Assembly (NCBI GenBank): GCA_964496415.1
Contig: CAZBZN010000015.1
Location: forward strand, 1 to 16,294
Direction: 5' to 3'
From: Candidatus Micrarchaeota archaeon
GTDB lineage: Archaea > B1Sed10-29 > JAJRYS01
Length of the DNA stretch: 16,294 bases
Below the pieces are notes generated by a model. It saw only the letters and a list, made by a program, of their open reading frames with translations. It was not told the origin of the DNA and searched no databases. A program made the position numbers and the translations under genes. Positions 1-7,665 of this stretch are shown piece by piece (the stretch's first letter is position 1; each line of letters opens with the position of its first letter).

Positions 1-180
1 CTACCCCCTTCCTTAGGGAAGACACCAAAGGTTTCTTCCTCTACCATCTTCCCTTTCCACTGGACTGAAGGCCGAAGGCCTGAAGTCCTGTAAATGCAGG
101 CTTTTTGAAGCCTTAGGGGATTGAGAACCACGTTAGTGGTTCGAACATCCCCTGTCCGCCAGCCGTACGCGGCTGCCCGC
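1..180 (-). ncRNA. Structured GC-rich RNA of unresolved identity, truncated by the window edge (candidates: rRNA-operon 5' leader/spacer, or part of SRP or RNase P RNA)
   Basis: Much more GC-rich than the rest of the window, has no ORF, and is tiled with hairpins: 16-23/46-53, 62-66/84-88, 98-103/108-113, 115-121/147-153 enclosing 125-131/136-142, and 160-165/170-175. Two A.C mismatches on + become G.U pairs on -, which favours the minus strand. An AT-rich TATA-like tract lies at 184-196. Confidence 0.5.
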
Positions 181-213
181 AAGCTTTAAATTAAAGTAAT
201 CTTAGTTAGTATC

Positions 214-858
214 ATGGACTTTGCATTGTTAATTCACTTAACAGCAGTAGTGGGTTTTGCGTTGTTGCTTGTAAAGCAAACAACTGTGCTTGTTAATAGT
301 TCGAAAAGATTTTTCTTTTTAGGATTGATGAGTTTTGAAGTCATAAGCGTGATGCAGGTCTTATACAAGTTCTTCTTAAGCAAAGAACTCGCGTTGTATG
401 CTGCTTTAATCGAGTTTTGTTTTATGGTGTTAGCAATGTTGTTTTTGTTTTTTTCAGTCACTCATCTTTTCAAAGAGCATTTAGGAAAACTGGAAAAAGC
501 TTCTGCGGTAATCGGCATAGTAATAATTGCATGGGTTCTCATAGTAAAACCAATAATAATTCACAGTGTTAATGGAGCAAACCAGGCCTTTCTAACAAAA
601 GAAACAGCTCTCGTAGCTCTTTCTTACGCGTTTCTTGTTGGAGTGATAACAATAAGGAACTTGTTTAAAATAAAAGAAAGATTAAGAGGTGAGTTAAGAG
701 AAAAAATAAAAAAGTTTACTATTGGCTTAGGATTGCTTGTAATCATTGGAGTCGTGCTTGGTGGTGTTTCTCAATTACTTCATACAAGAAGCTTTACTGT
801 GATTGCGTTGCTTGCATTTGCTGTTTATGTTTACCCGTTGTTTGGTGGCAGGGGTTAA
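214..858 (+). CDS. Stand-alone 7TM membrane protein, HisKA_7TM-like sensor domain (paralogue 1)
   Basis: Seven hydrophobic segments. KRFFFLG after TM1 and ELREKIKKF before TM6 are echoed in 7033..7665 and 7666..8295. Confidence 0.65.
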   Translation: MDFALLIHLTAVVGFALLLVKQTTVLVNSSKRFFFLGLMSFEVISVMQVLYKFFLSKELALYAALIEFCFMVLAMLFLFFSVTHLFKEHLGKLEKASAVIGIVIIAWVLIVKPIIIHSVNGANQAFLTKETALVALSYAFLVGVITIRNLFKIKERLRGELREKIKKFTIGLGLLVIIGVVLGGVSQLLHTRSFTVIALLAFAVYVYPLFGGRG

Positions 859-1544
859 GCTTTTTGGAATAAGTTTTTCTTTTTTTCAATAACTTCTCCA
901 TTTTCTCTTAAAACTTCTATCAGCGCCTTGCAAAATTCTTTGTTCACTTTTATTTTTTTTGCTAGGTCTTCTATCACTTTAGGGCTTTCTAAAGCTTTTG
1001 TAATCAGTGGCTTCATTTCTTCAACTTTTGACTTCAGCACAACATAATACTTCTTGTCAAAGCCTCTTACTCCAGTAACTTCACCTGACTTACCTTGCTC
1101 TAAGAGCATTTCTTCTAATTCTCTTGCTTCTGAAGGGTCTTCAATAACCACATAGCCCTGTGAGTAAAGTTTTTCAACAAGTGGATTATAAGAGACAACT
1201 AATGGAAAGACTTCTTTTTTGATTCTAAGCAGTTTCTTGCTTCCTTTTTTTGACTCAAAAACTATGCCTTTGTTTATTAAGTCTTCAAGAACCATTACTT
1301 CTTCCTTTGATAAGAGCTTAAGAATCCTATCTTTAGTTCTTTCATAATGTTTTACTGAATTCATTTTCCTTAGTACTTCAAGTTCTTTGCTTGACAAAAG
1401 AGGCTTTGAAATGATTACTTTCCCTGACTCTATTTTGAACTCTAACTCATCACCTGGTTTTACTCCTAATGTTTTGACTATTTCTTGTGGGATCTTAACG
1501 TATACTTCTTTTTTAAACTCATGAGTTTTTGCTTTAACCATCAC
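855..1544 (-). CDS. AbrB/MazE/SpoVT N-terminal DNA-binding domain protein with probable C-terminal winged helix
   Basis: N-terminal VYVKIPQEIVKTLGVKPGDELEFKIESGKVIISK is an AbrB signature. C-terminal IEDLAKKIKVNKEFCKALIEVLRENGEVIE looks wHTH-like. Confidence 0.75.
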   Translation of the reverse strand: MMVKAKTHEFKKEVYVKIPQEIVKTLGVKPGDELEFKIESGKVIISKPLLSSKELEVLRKMNSVKHYERTKDRILKLLSKEEVMVLEDLINKGIVFESKKGSKKLLRIKKEVFPLVVSYNPLVEKLYSQGYVVIEDPSEARELEEMLLEQGKSGEVTGVRGFDKKYYVVLKSKVEEMKPLITKALESPKVIEDLAKKIKVNKEFCKALIEVLRENGEVIEKKKNLFQKA

Positions 1545-1576
1545 GCTTATTATGGCTGTTAAGTTAATAAATAATT

Positions 1577-2761
1577 ATGCCTGAGCAATGCGTGAGATGC
1601 AAAGGAACAAAAATGCTTTGTAATAGGGAAAAATGCCCTATTCTTGAAAAATTAAAGTTTTTGAAAAAACTTGAGACAAGTGAAAAAATAGAAGGTGAAA
1701 CAGTAAGCGTGATGATAGGTCATTATAATTATCCTAAAGTCTTTGCAGGGCCTCTTACTGGAAGAAGTTTGCTTCTTGAAAAAGACCCTTCTAACTGGAT
1801 TGAGAAAAGCATTAAAGAGATAATAGCTTACAGGTGTTCTTTGATAAGAGGGAAGAAACCAGTAAAAGTCGCAGATGTTAATTCTAAGCAAGTTGAGCCT
1901 CTTCAAGAAATTGCCTTAAGCAGAAAAGAAGTAATGACCGAAGTAGAATACTTTGAAAAACCAAAGCCAGTATTAAGTTTTTCTTCAACAACAGCTCCTT
2001 ATGGTCCTTCAGCTGGTTTTAAAAAAATAATCATTGAAGAAAACCCCAAAGTTCCACGTGCGGTTGACAGAATAGTTAATGATGAAGTAAAAGCAGTTGA
2101 AGCAGTTTCTTTCCTTCACAGTAAAGGAATCAGTGTTAATCAAATTCAGGAGTTGTTTTCAGTTGGCTTGCTTGGAATAAAAAGAAAACTCGTGCCAACA
2201 AGATGGAGTATTACTGCTGTTGATGACACTGCTTCTAAAAACTTGCTTGAAAAAATAAGAGAATACAAGAAGCTTGAAGATTACTTAGTTTTTACTTCTG
2301 AATACTTGTCAAATCATTTTGAAGTGATAATGCTTCCAGCAAGCTGGTCTTACGAGCAAATAGAGTATTATTCTCCTGGAAGCACTTGGGTAGAGCCATG
2401 GGAAAAACCAGTAATAATGCAAGATTGGGAAGGCTTCAGGGGAAGGAAAAACTATGCTGAAAACGTTGAAGGAGGGTATTATGCTGCAAGGCTTAGTGTC
2501 ACAGAGTACTTGGAGAAAATAAAAAGACAAGCAAGCGTGATAGTGTTAAGAGAGATAAGAAAAGGCTATTATGCTCCTCTTGGAGTGTGGCAGGTAAGAG
2601 AAAACGTTAGAAAAGCGTTAGAATCAAAGCCAGAAAAATACTCTTCTTTTGAAGAGCTAGCCGAAGCTGTAAGTTCAAGAATAAGTTTCAAAACCTGGGT
2701 TAAGCATTCAAGACTAGCTTTGCTTGAAAAAAGTAGAAAAATGCTAATTAAATTCATGTGA
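1577..2761 (+). CDS. nreA: Archaeal Nre family DNA repair protein
   Basis: N-terminal CVRCKG-x3-LC-x4-CPIL zinc motif, plus RKLVPTRWSITAVDD, GGYYAARL, YYAPLGVWQVRENVR and a C-terminal PIP-like tail (RKMLIKFM). Confidence 0.92.
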   Translation: MPEQCVRCKGTKMLCNREKCPILEKLKFLKKLETSEKIEGETVSVMIGHYNYPKVFAGPLTGRSLLLEKDPSNWIEKSIKEIIAYRCSLIRGKKPVKVADVNSKQVEPLQEIALSRKEVMTEVEYFEKPKPVLSFSSTTAPYGPSAGFKKIIIEENPKVPRAVDRIVNDEVKAVEAVSFLHSKGISVNQIQELFSVGLLGIKRKLVPTRWSITAVDDTASKNLLEKIREYKKLEDYLVFTSEYLSNHFEVIMLPASWSYEQIEYYSPGSTWVEPWEKPVIMQDWEGFRGRKNYAENVEGGYYAARLSVTEYLEKIKRQASVIVLREIRKGYYAPLGVWQVRENVRKALESKPEKYSSFEELAEAVSSRISFKTWVKHSRLALLEKSRKMLIKFM

Positions 2762-2762
2762 C

Positions 2763-3695
2763 CTACAATTTTCTCTTTATTGGTATTTCAAACTCAACTG
2801 TTGTTCCTTTGCCAAGGCCTTTGCTTTTTACTCTTATTTTTCCTTTATGCATTACTATTATTTGCTTGCAGATGTTTAAACCAAGTCCAGCTCCTTCTTT
2901 TTCTTGTTCTGCTTTGAAAAAATAAGAAAACACTCTTGAAAGCTCATCTTTGCTCATTCCCCTGCCATGGTCTTTTACTTTTACCACTACTGCGTTTCTT
3001 TTCTTTTCAACAGTTACTTCTATTGGGCCCTTGTCGTCAAATTTAATCGCGTTAGTAAGCAAGTTGACCATTACTCTTCTTATTTTTTCAGGGTCAAAGT
3101 AAAACAAAGGAATCCTTGGTATCTTTTTTTTAACTTTAAGCTTTTTTGCTTCAAGTAGAGGTTTCACTTCTTCCAAAGCTTCATTTATCACTTTAGAAAA
3201 GCTGGCTTTTTTAAAGAAGGGTCTTTCTGCGCCTGCTTTTAGCCTTTCAAAATCTAATAACTCATCTAACAACTGCTTTAGCTTTTCAGAGTTTCTTTTT
3301 ATCATCTCAGCATGCTCACGTGCTTTTTCTTCTTTAACTTCAGAAACTAAAAGGTCAGCTGAAAGCATTATGGAAGTAAGAGGAGTTCTTAACTCATGTG
3401 AAGCTACTCTCATGAATTCTGTTTTAAGCTTGTCAAGTTGTTTTAACTCTTCATAAGCTTTTTCTGATTCTTCAAGCAAGCTTAACAAAGCTTTTCTTGA
3501 AGCTTCAAGTCTTTTTGACTTCTCCTCAAGCTTTTTATTAACCTTCATTATTTCTTCTGTTTTTTTCTTCAATTCTTTTTTAAGAGAATTAACCCATCTA
3601 GAATAAACTAAGATAAAAACAAGAAATAACAAAATAAAAAAGAACAAGAATAACATAATGATCATAAAACTTTTTTCAAAAGCAAAAGCATTCAT
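2763..3695 (-). CDS. Histidine kinase (1 TM, coiled coil, HisKA, HATPase_c) with no recognisable sensor domain
   Basis: H-box ASHELRTPLTSI, N-box NLLTNAIKF, G1 DHGRGM, F-box VFSYFF, G2 GAGLGL. Confidence 0.95.
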   Translation of the reverse strand: MNAFAFEKSFMIIMLFLFFFILLFLVFILVYSRWVNSLKKELKKKTEEIMKVNKKLEEKSKRLEASRKALLSLLEESEKAYEELKQLDKLKTEFMRVASHELRTPLTSIMLSADLLVSEVKEEKAREHAEMIKRNSEKLKQLLDELLDFERLKAGAERPFFKKASFSKVINEALEEVKPLLEAKKLKVKKKIPRIPLFYFDPEKIRRVMVNLLTNAIKFDDKGPIEVTVEKKRNAVVVKVKDHGRGMSKDELSRVFSYFFKAEQEKEGAGLGLNICKQIIVMHKGKIRVKSKGLGKGTTVEFEIPIKRKL

Positions 3696-4084
3696 TTACT
3701 TCTCCTCTTTCTTTTTACTAAAAGTCTTGTCAGCTTGTCAAGTTCTTCAAAAACTGATTCAAGTTCTTTTTCTTTGTCCTGTAGCTGGGATTCAAGCTGT
3801 TTATTGTTTAAAACCTGATTCTTTGCTTCATAAGAGAACCATAAAAACATTAACGCGAAGACAAGCAAGCTGACTTCTACGAAATAAGCAAAATTATAAT
3901 CTATAATGTAAACAATGATACTTACTGCTAATAGTGCTAAACTAAGAGCAGCTCCTGAACCTATTATCAACAATTGACTTCTGTATTTTAAAAACCCACT
4001 CATTAATAACAAGTAAGAAAGCACTATTACTGTTGTTGAAAGGACTATTATGAACAATCCTATTCCTGTAGCTGCTGAGAGCAT
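3692..4084 (-). CDS. Small 3TM membrane protein with C-terminal coiled coil, translationally coupled to the histidine kinase
   Basis: Three hydrophobic helices followed by a heptad-rich tail (LESQLQDKEKELESVFEELDKL). Its stop overlaps the kinase start by 4 nt at 3692-3695. Confidence 0.75.
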   Translation of the reverse strand: MLSAATGIGLFIIVLSTTVIVLSYLLLMSGFLKYRSQLLIIGSGAALSLALLAVSIIVYIIDYNFAYFVEVSLLVFALMFLWFSYEAKNQVLNNKQLESQLQDKEKELESVFEELDKLTRLLVKRKRRSK

Positions 4085-4105
4085 AGTCTAATTAAAAGAA
4101 CAAGA

Positions 4106-4115
4106 GTATAAAAAT
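4106..4115 (-). promoter_or_regulatory. TATA box for the 3TM/histidine kinase operon (probably leaderless)
   Basis: Minus-strand TTTTTATA lies about 25 nt upstream of the ATG at 4084, with no SD. Confidence 0.5.
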
Positions 4116-4120
4116 CTGAC

Positions 4121-4483
4121 TTAAATTTTTTTCTTTATCTCTTTAAGCAGGGTTTTTGAATCAAATGGTTTTTCAATAAACCCAATGCTCTTGTTTATTG
4201 CTTTAAGGTCTTTTTTCACTCCAGTCATCTTATCAGAAATTGCCGTGATTACTATTACTGGTGTTTTTATCTTAGCTTCTTTCATTTTCACCAGCAGTTC
4301 ATTTCCAAGTTTTAATGGTAGTATTATATCTAATAACACTAAGTCATATTTTCCTGTTTTAAGCTCTTTAAATGCTTTGTCAACAGTATCTACTGTTTTT
4401 GAAGAATACCCCTCTCGCTCAAGGATCTGAGTTATCACTTTCGCCTCGTCTTCTTCGTCTTCAACTACTAAGATCTTCTTCAT
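4121..4483 (-). CDS. Stand-alone response regulator receiver (CheY-like) domain
   Basis: KILVVEDE acidic pocket, phospho-acceptor LLDIILP, VIVITA, FIEKPF. No output domain. Confidence 0.95.
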   Translation of the reverse strand: MKKILVVEDEEDEAKVITQILEREGYSSKTVDTVDKAFKELKTGKYDLVLLDIILPLKLGNELLVKMKEAKIKTPVIVITAISDKMTGVKKDLKAINKSIGFIEKPFDSKTLLKEIKKKI

Positions 4484-4504
4484 GAAATAAACTAAGAAAA
4501 AGAA

Positions 4505-4519
4505 GTATAAAAACTTTTC
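4505..4519 (-). promoter_or_regulatory. BRE/TATA promoter for the receiver gene (probably leaderless)
   Basis: Minus-strand GAAAAG-TTTTTATA lies about 25 nt upstream of the ATG at 4483. Confidence 0.5.
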
Positions 4520-4522
4520 AGA

Positions 4523-4702
4523 CTAACTTATTTCATATGTTCCTTTAACTAAGCAATTAAACTTCAAGTACTTGTACAGGTTAGTTTTAAGGTTTTTTAA
4601 AGCTTTTTCTTTTTCTTCTTCTGTGAGTTTTCCTTTTTTAACGCTTTCCATTAAGTCAAAGTGCCTTTTAACAACTACGGATATTGCATGTTTTGAATCC
4701 AT
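4523..4702 (-). CDS. Small hypothetical protein, 59 aa, absent from the ORF track (MDSKHAISVVVKRHFDLMESVKKGKLTEEEKEKALKNLKTNLYKYLKFNCLVKGTYEIS)
   Basis: Translated by hand from ATG 4702 to TAG 4523. A strong GAGGTGA SD sits 7 nt upstream, abutting the V4R gene stop. The ORF fills the only large gap in the cluster. Confidence 0.75.
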   Translation of the reverse strand: MDSKHAISVVVKRHFDLMESVKKGKLTEEEKEKALKNLKTNLYKYLKFNCLVKGTYEIS

Positions 4703-4714
4703 GAATGCGTCACC

Positions 4715-5500
4715 TCACCTTGCAAGACTATAAACTTCAAACTCGCAGTAGTCATCTCCCATTCCCCAGCATTTTGTCTCATTAACTGTTACTGACTCCA
4801 TTTTCTTAAACTCTGCAAAAGCTCCTCTTATAAGACCTCTTGAGAAATTACATAACTTCTTATTAACTGGAGCTACTCCTGAACAAAAAGCACATTCCTT
4901 TACTCTTAAAACAGCTTCAATTGTTATAGCTGACTTCTCTGGCTTCATCTCTTCAACCACTCCCAAGCCTTTTTCTAAGAAAACTCTTTTAATGAGCTTC
5001 AGTAATTCTTCTTTGCTTGAAGGCGAATTAACTCTAACAATTCTTCTTCCTACAAGTTCTCCAGCTTGAGTGCTAATTCTTTCAGCTTGGAAGTCACCTG
5101 AAATGTCATAGATTGCAAAAAACATGTTTCTAAGCACTTCCAAATCAACTTTAGTTCCTTCTTTTTTCCTTAGTTCTTCTTCAACTCCTCCTAATTCTTC
5201 CCTGTAACCATTAGCAATCACTTGCTTTGAAGAAACCTTTACTCCAGTAATCCTTATTATGTCTTCTATTATTGAGTAAATCTCAACACTTGCTGTTAGT
5301 AACAAGTCTTTTATTTCTTCAAAACTCTTGCCAGGATAAAAAACTCTTATCTTGCCACTTGGAAAAACTTTAACTTTTAAGCCCTTCACTTCAGTAAGAA
5401 GAACATTCTCATCATACCCTTTCTCAAAATAAGAAAGCTTTGAAAGCTTTTTCAAATTTATTTTTTCTCCAATCTCATAAGTAAAGCATTCTGCCTTCAT
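4715..5500 (-). CDS. V4R (4-vinyl reductase) ligand-binding domain protein with N-terminal TBP-like domain
   Basis: C-terminal VKECAFC...LCNFSRGLIRGAF...VNETKCWGMGDDYCEFEV is a V4R signature. N-terminal KINLKKL...VKVFPSGKIRVF..GKSFEEI resembles a single TBP repeat (less certain). Confidence 0.85.
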   Translation of the reverse strand: MKAECFTYEIGEKINLKKLSKLSYFEKGYDENVLLTEVKGLKVKVFPSGKIRVFYPGKSFEEIKDLLLTASVEIYSIIEDIIRITGVKVSSKQVIANGYREELGGVEEELRKKEGTKVDLEVLRNMFFAIYDISGDFQAERISTQAGELVGRRIVRVNSPSSKEELLKLIKRVFLEKGLGVVEEMKPEKSAITIEAVLRVKECAFCSGVAPVNKKLCNFSRGLIRGAFAEFKKMESVTVNETKCWGMGDDYCEFEVYSLAR

Positions 5501-6187
5501 TTAAAGCACTTCCTCAAGAAGCACAACTATTCCTTCTTTTGTTATCTGGAAAGGGAACATTCCCTGAGAATGGTCTGTTCCTCTCATTTTTAATACTTCT
5601 AATGCTCTTATCCTCTGGTTCTTTTTAGGCATGTTATAAAGCATTATCACTCCATCAACCACGAATTCTTCTAACCCGAACTTTACTTCTTCCCTCACGC
5701 TATATGGCTTTTCAGCAGTAATAACTGCAGTAGCATCAATAGAAGAAAGAAAGTCAAGCAAGTTGAACAATCCTTTCCTGAACTCAAGATCATCTTTAAA
5801 AAATAACCTTAGCATTGTAAGAGTGTCAATGACTATCCTCTTAGCTTTGTGAGTAACTGAACAAGACTGAACCACATCCATTAAGTGTTGGAAGTTATAA
5901 CGGTCGATGTCTATGACCATTAATTTTCCATCATCAATAGCTTTTCGAATATCCCAGTTAAAAGCAGCTTCCATGTCACGGATTATCCTTTCGCTTTTTT
6001 GTTCAAGAGTGATGAAAACTCCTTTTTCACCAAGCTCTACTCCTTTCATCAAGTACTGCATTCCAAAACTTGTCTTTCCAGTACCAGGACCACCTGCGAC
6101 AAGAACATGATGGTTTTTAGGAACTCCTCCTCCAAGCATTTTATCCAAGCCATTTATTCCAAGAGGGATTTTTTCAACAGGCATCAT
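5501..6187 (-). CDS. Single-domain KaiC/GvpD/RAD55 family ATPase (CI-like)
   Basis: GINGLDKMLGGGVP, Walker A GGPGTGKT, Walker B RIVIDT, FGLEEFVVDGVI, RALEVLKMRGTDH with the K-x-R finger intact. Confidence 0.93.
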   Translation of the reverse strand: MMPVEKIPLGINGLDKMLGGGVPKNHHVLVAGGPGTGKTSFGMQYLMKGVELGEKGVFITLEQKSERIIRDMEAAFNWDIRKAIDDGKLMVIDIDRYNFQHLMDVVQSCSVTHKAKRIVIDTLTMLRLFFKDDLEFRKGLFNLLDFLSSIDATAVITAEKPYSVREEVKFGLEEFVVDGVIMLYNMPKKNQRIRALEVLKMRGTDHSQGMFPFQITKEGIVVLLEEVL

Positions 6188-6316
6188 ACCACCGTTTATG
6201 AATAATCAAAAAGAGCTTTTAAAACTTTCCTAAAAACCATGGTTTAAGCAAAAAAACATAAATCTTTTTAAAAAATCTTTTAAATTAAAATAGTTTTATT
6301 TTAAACAGGAGATGAA
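6188..6316. promoter_or_regulatory. Divergent promoter region between the two KaiC-like operons
   Basis: TTTTAAAA TATA-like tracts near 6217-6224 and 6265-6285. SD GGTGG for the minus gene and AGGAG for the plus gene. 12-bp palindrome AAACCATGGTTT at 6234-6245. Confidence 0.55.
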
Positions 6317-7036
6317 ATGATAGAGAGAATATCAAGTGGGATTAGTGGCTTAGATTCGTTACTTCAAGGAGGCTTTCCAAAAGGAAGTGCTTCATTAATA
6401 GTAGGGCCTCCTGGAAGTGGAAAAAGCACGCTTGTAAGGGAAATAACTTACTCTTCACTAAAACAAAACTTAAAAGTAATTTATATCACTACCACAGAAC
6501 CAGTATCTAATGTGCTAAAACAAATGAGAATAAACGGATGGGAAGTAAACGGGTATGTTGGAAAAGAACTGATATTCATAGACGGTTATTCATGGAGAGT
6601 GCCATCAGAACTAAGAGAAAAACAAGAATTCCAACTCTCGTCAATTGTCAAGCTTAATGAATTAGACAACTTGGTTTTAAAAGCAATTCAAAAACTTGGA
6701 AGTGAAAAAGGAAAAATAGTAATGATTTTTGACACTGTTTCTGACTTATTGCTTCACAGTGAAAAACAATCAGTCTTTAAGCTCCTTCAATTGATAACTG
6801 CTAAAATAAAAGCAGTGAACGGCACGAGTTTCATAGTCTTAGAAGGAGGGCTTCATGAACCAAGAGACGTTGCAACAATCTCATACATTACTGACGGAAC
6901 TATTGAAATGAAAATAGAAGAAGACAAAAGATATTTAAGAATCGTTAGAATGATTGACACTGTTCATCCTTTAAAATGGATATTATTTGAAATAGGGCAT
7001 GGAATAACAATTAAAGTGGAGGAGTTCTTCAAATGA
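6317..7036 (+). CDS. Single-domain KaiC/RAD55 family ATPase (CII-like, arginine finger degenerate)
   Basis: SSGISGLDSLLQGGFP, Walker A GPPGSGKS, FIDGYSW, IFDTVS, TISYITDGTI. RIVRMIDT replaces the usual KMRG. Confidence 0.9.
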   Translation: MIERISSGISGLDSLLQGGFPKGSASLIVGPPGSGKSTLVREITYSSLKQNLKVIYITTTEPVSNVLKQMRINGWEVNGYVGKELIFIDGYSWRVPSELREKQEFQLSSIVKLNELDNLVLKAIQKLGSEKGKIVMIFDTVSDLLLHSEKQSVFKLLQLITAKIKAVNGTSFIVLEGGLHEPRDVATISYITDGTIEMKIEEDKRYLRIVRMIDTVHPLKWILFEIGHGITIKVEEFFK

Positions 7037-7665
7037 TAGAAATACTGTACATAGCAGCAGAAGCATTATTAATTTATTACTTACTTTACTTCAGGAACAA
7101 ACTAAGAGACCCTACAAAAAGATACTACTTTTATTCATTGCTAAGTATAGCTTTGTGGGTGTTTTTTGACTACTTACTCATGAAAGCTCCTTCCCTGGAA
7201 ATAGCAACAGCAGTGTTTTACTTTGTGCTCTTATCAGTAAGCAGTGCTTTTTCTTTCTTTTACCTCTGTAGTTCTTCCTTTGTAAAATGGTGTGATAAAA
7301 AATGCAAGCTTGAAGCAACTCTTCCTTTCATCCCAGCAATTGGAATGATCTTATTCAACAAGACAAATGTTTTAATAAGAAAAGAATTCGGATTTCAAGT
7401 AGTCCCAAACTTATGGGAATTAGCATGGATAGCAACAGGAGTAATCTTAGTCACTTATGGTTTAATAATTCTGTATGAAGTGATGAAAAAAGTAGAAAAA
7501 CCAGAACTTAAAAAGAAAATGAGAATCCTGCTAATAACTTTAAGCCTTGCAGTGGCAGGAGGGGTAATAGGAATCCTACTTACGTTTTACGGGTGTCCTA
7601 GTTCTATTTCCCCAATGCTAACAACTTTCATAATCTCTTTTTCAATACTCGCATTTAAAAAATGA
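7033..7665 (+). CDS. Stand-alone 7TM membrane protein, HisKA_7TM-like (paralogue 2)
   Basis: Seven hydrophobic segments, KRYYFYSLLSIALW, FGFQVV, ELKKKMRIL. ATGA overlap with the upstream ATPase stop. Confidence 0.7.
   Translation: MIEILYIAAEALLIYYLLYFRNKLRDPTKRYYFYSLLSIALWVFFDYLLMKAPSLEIATAVFYFVLLSVSSAFSFFYLCSSSFVKWCDKKCKLEATLPFIPAIGMILFNKTNVLIRKEFGFQVVPNLWELAWIATGVILVTYGLIILYEVMKKVEKPELKKKMRILLITLSLAVAGGVIGILLTFYGCPSSISPMLTTFIISFSILAFKK

Noticed and set aside
62..88. Hammerhead-ribozyme-like CTGAAGGCCGAAGGCCTGAAG
   Set aside because: It lacks the required CUGANGA and GAAA core. It is better explained as a simple hairpin.
115..180. tRNA gene suggested by GGTTCGAA / GTTCGAACC
   Set aside because: No cloverleaf can be built on either strand, and the motif is part of a long hairpin.
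2735..2761. Non-canonical NreA PIP box (RKMLIKFM, no Gln)
   Set aside because: The hydrophobic PIP positions are retained, and such variation is common.
5501..7036. A true circadian clock (kaiABC) or RadA/RadB recombinases
   Set aside because: No KaiA or KaiB is in the window and the proteins are single-domain. The motifs match KaiC/RAD55 rather than RadA/RadB.
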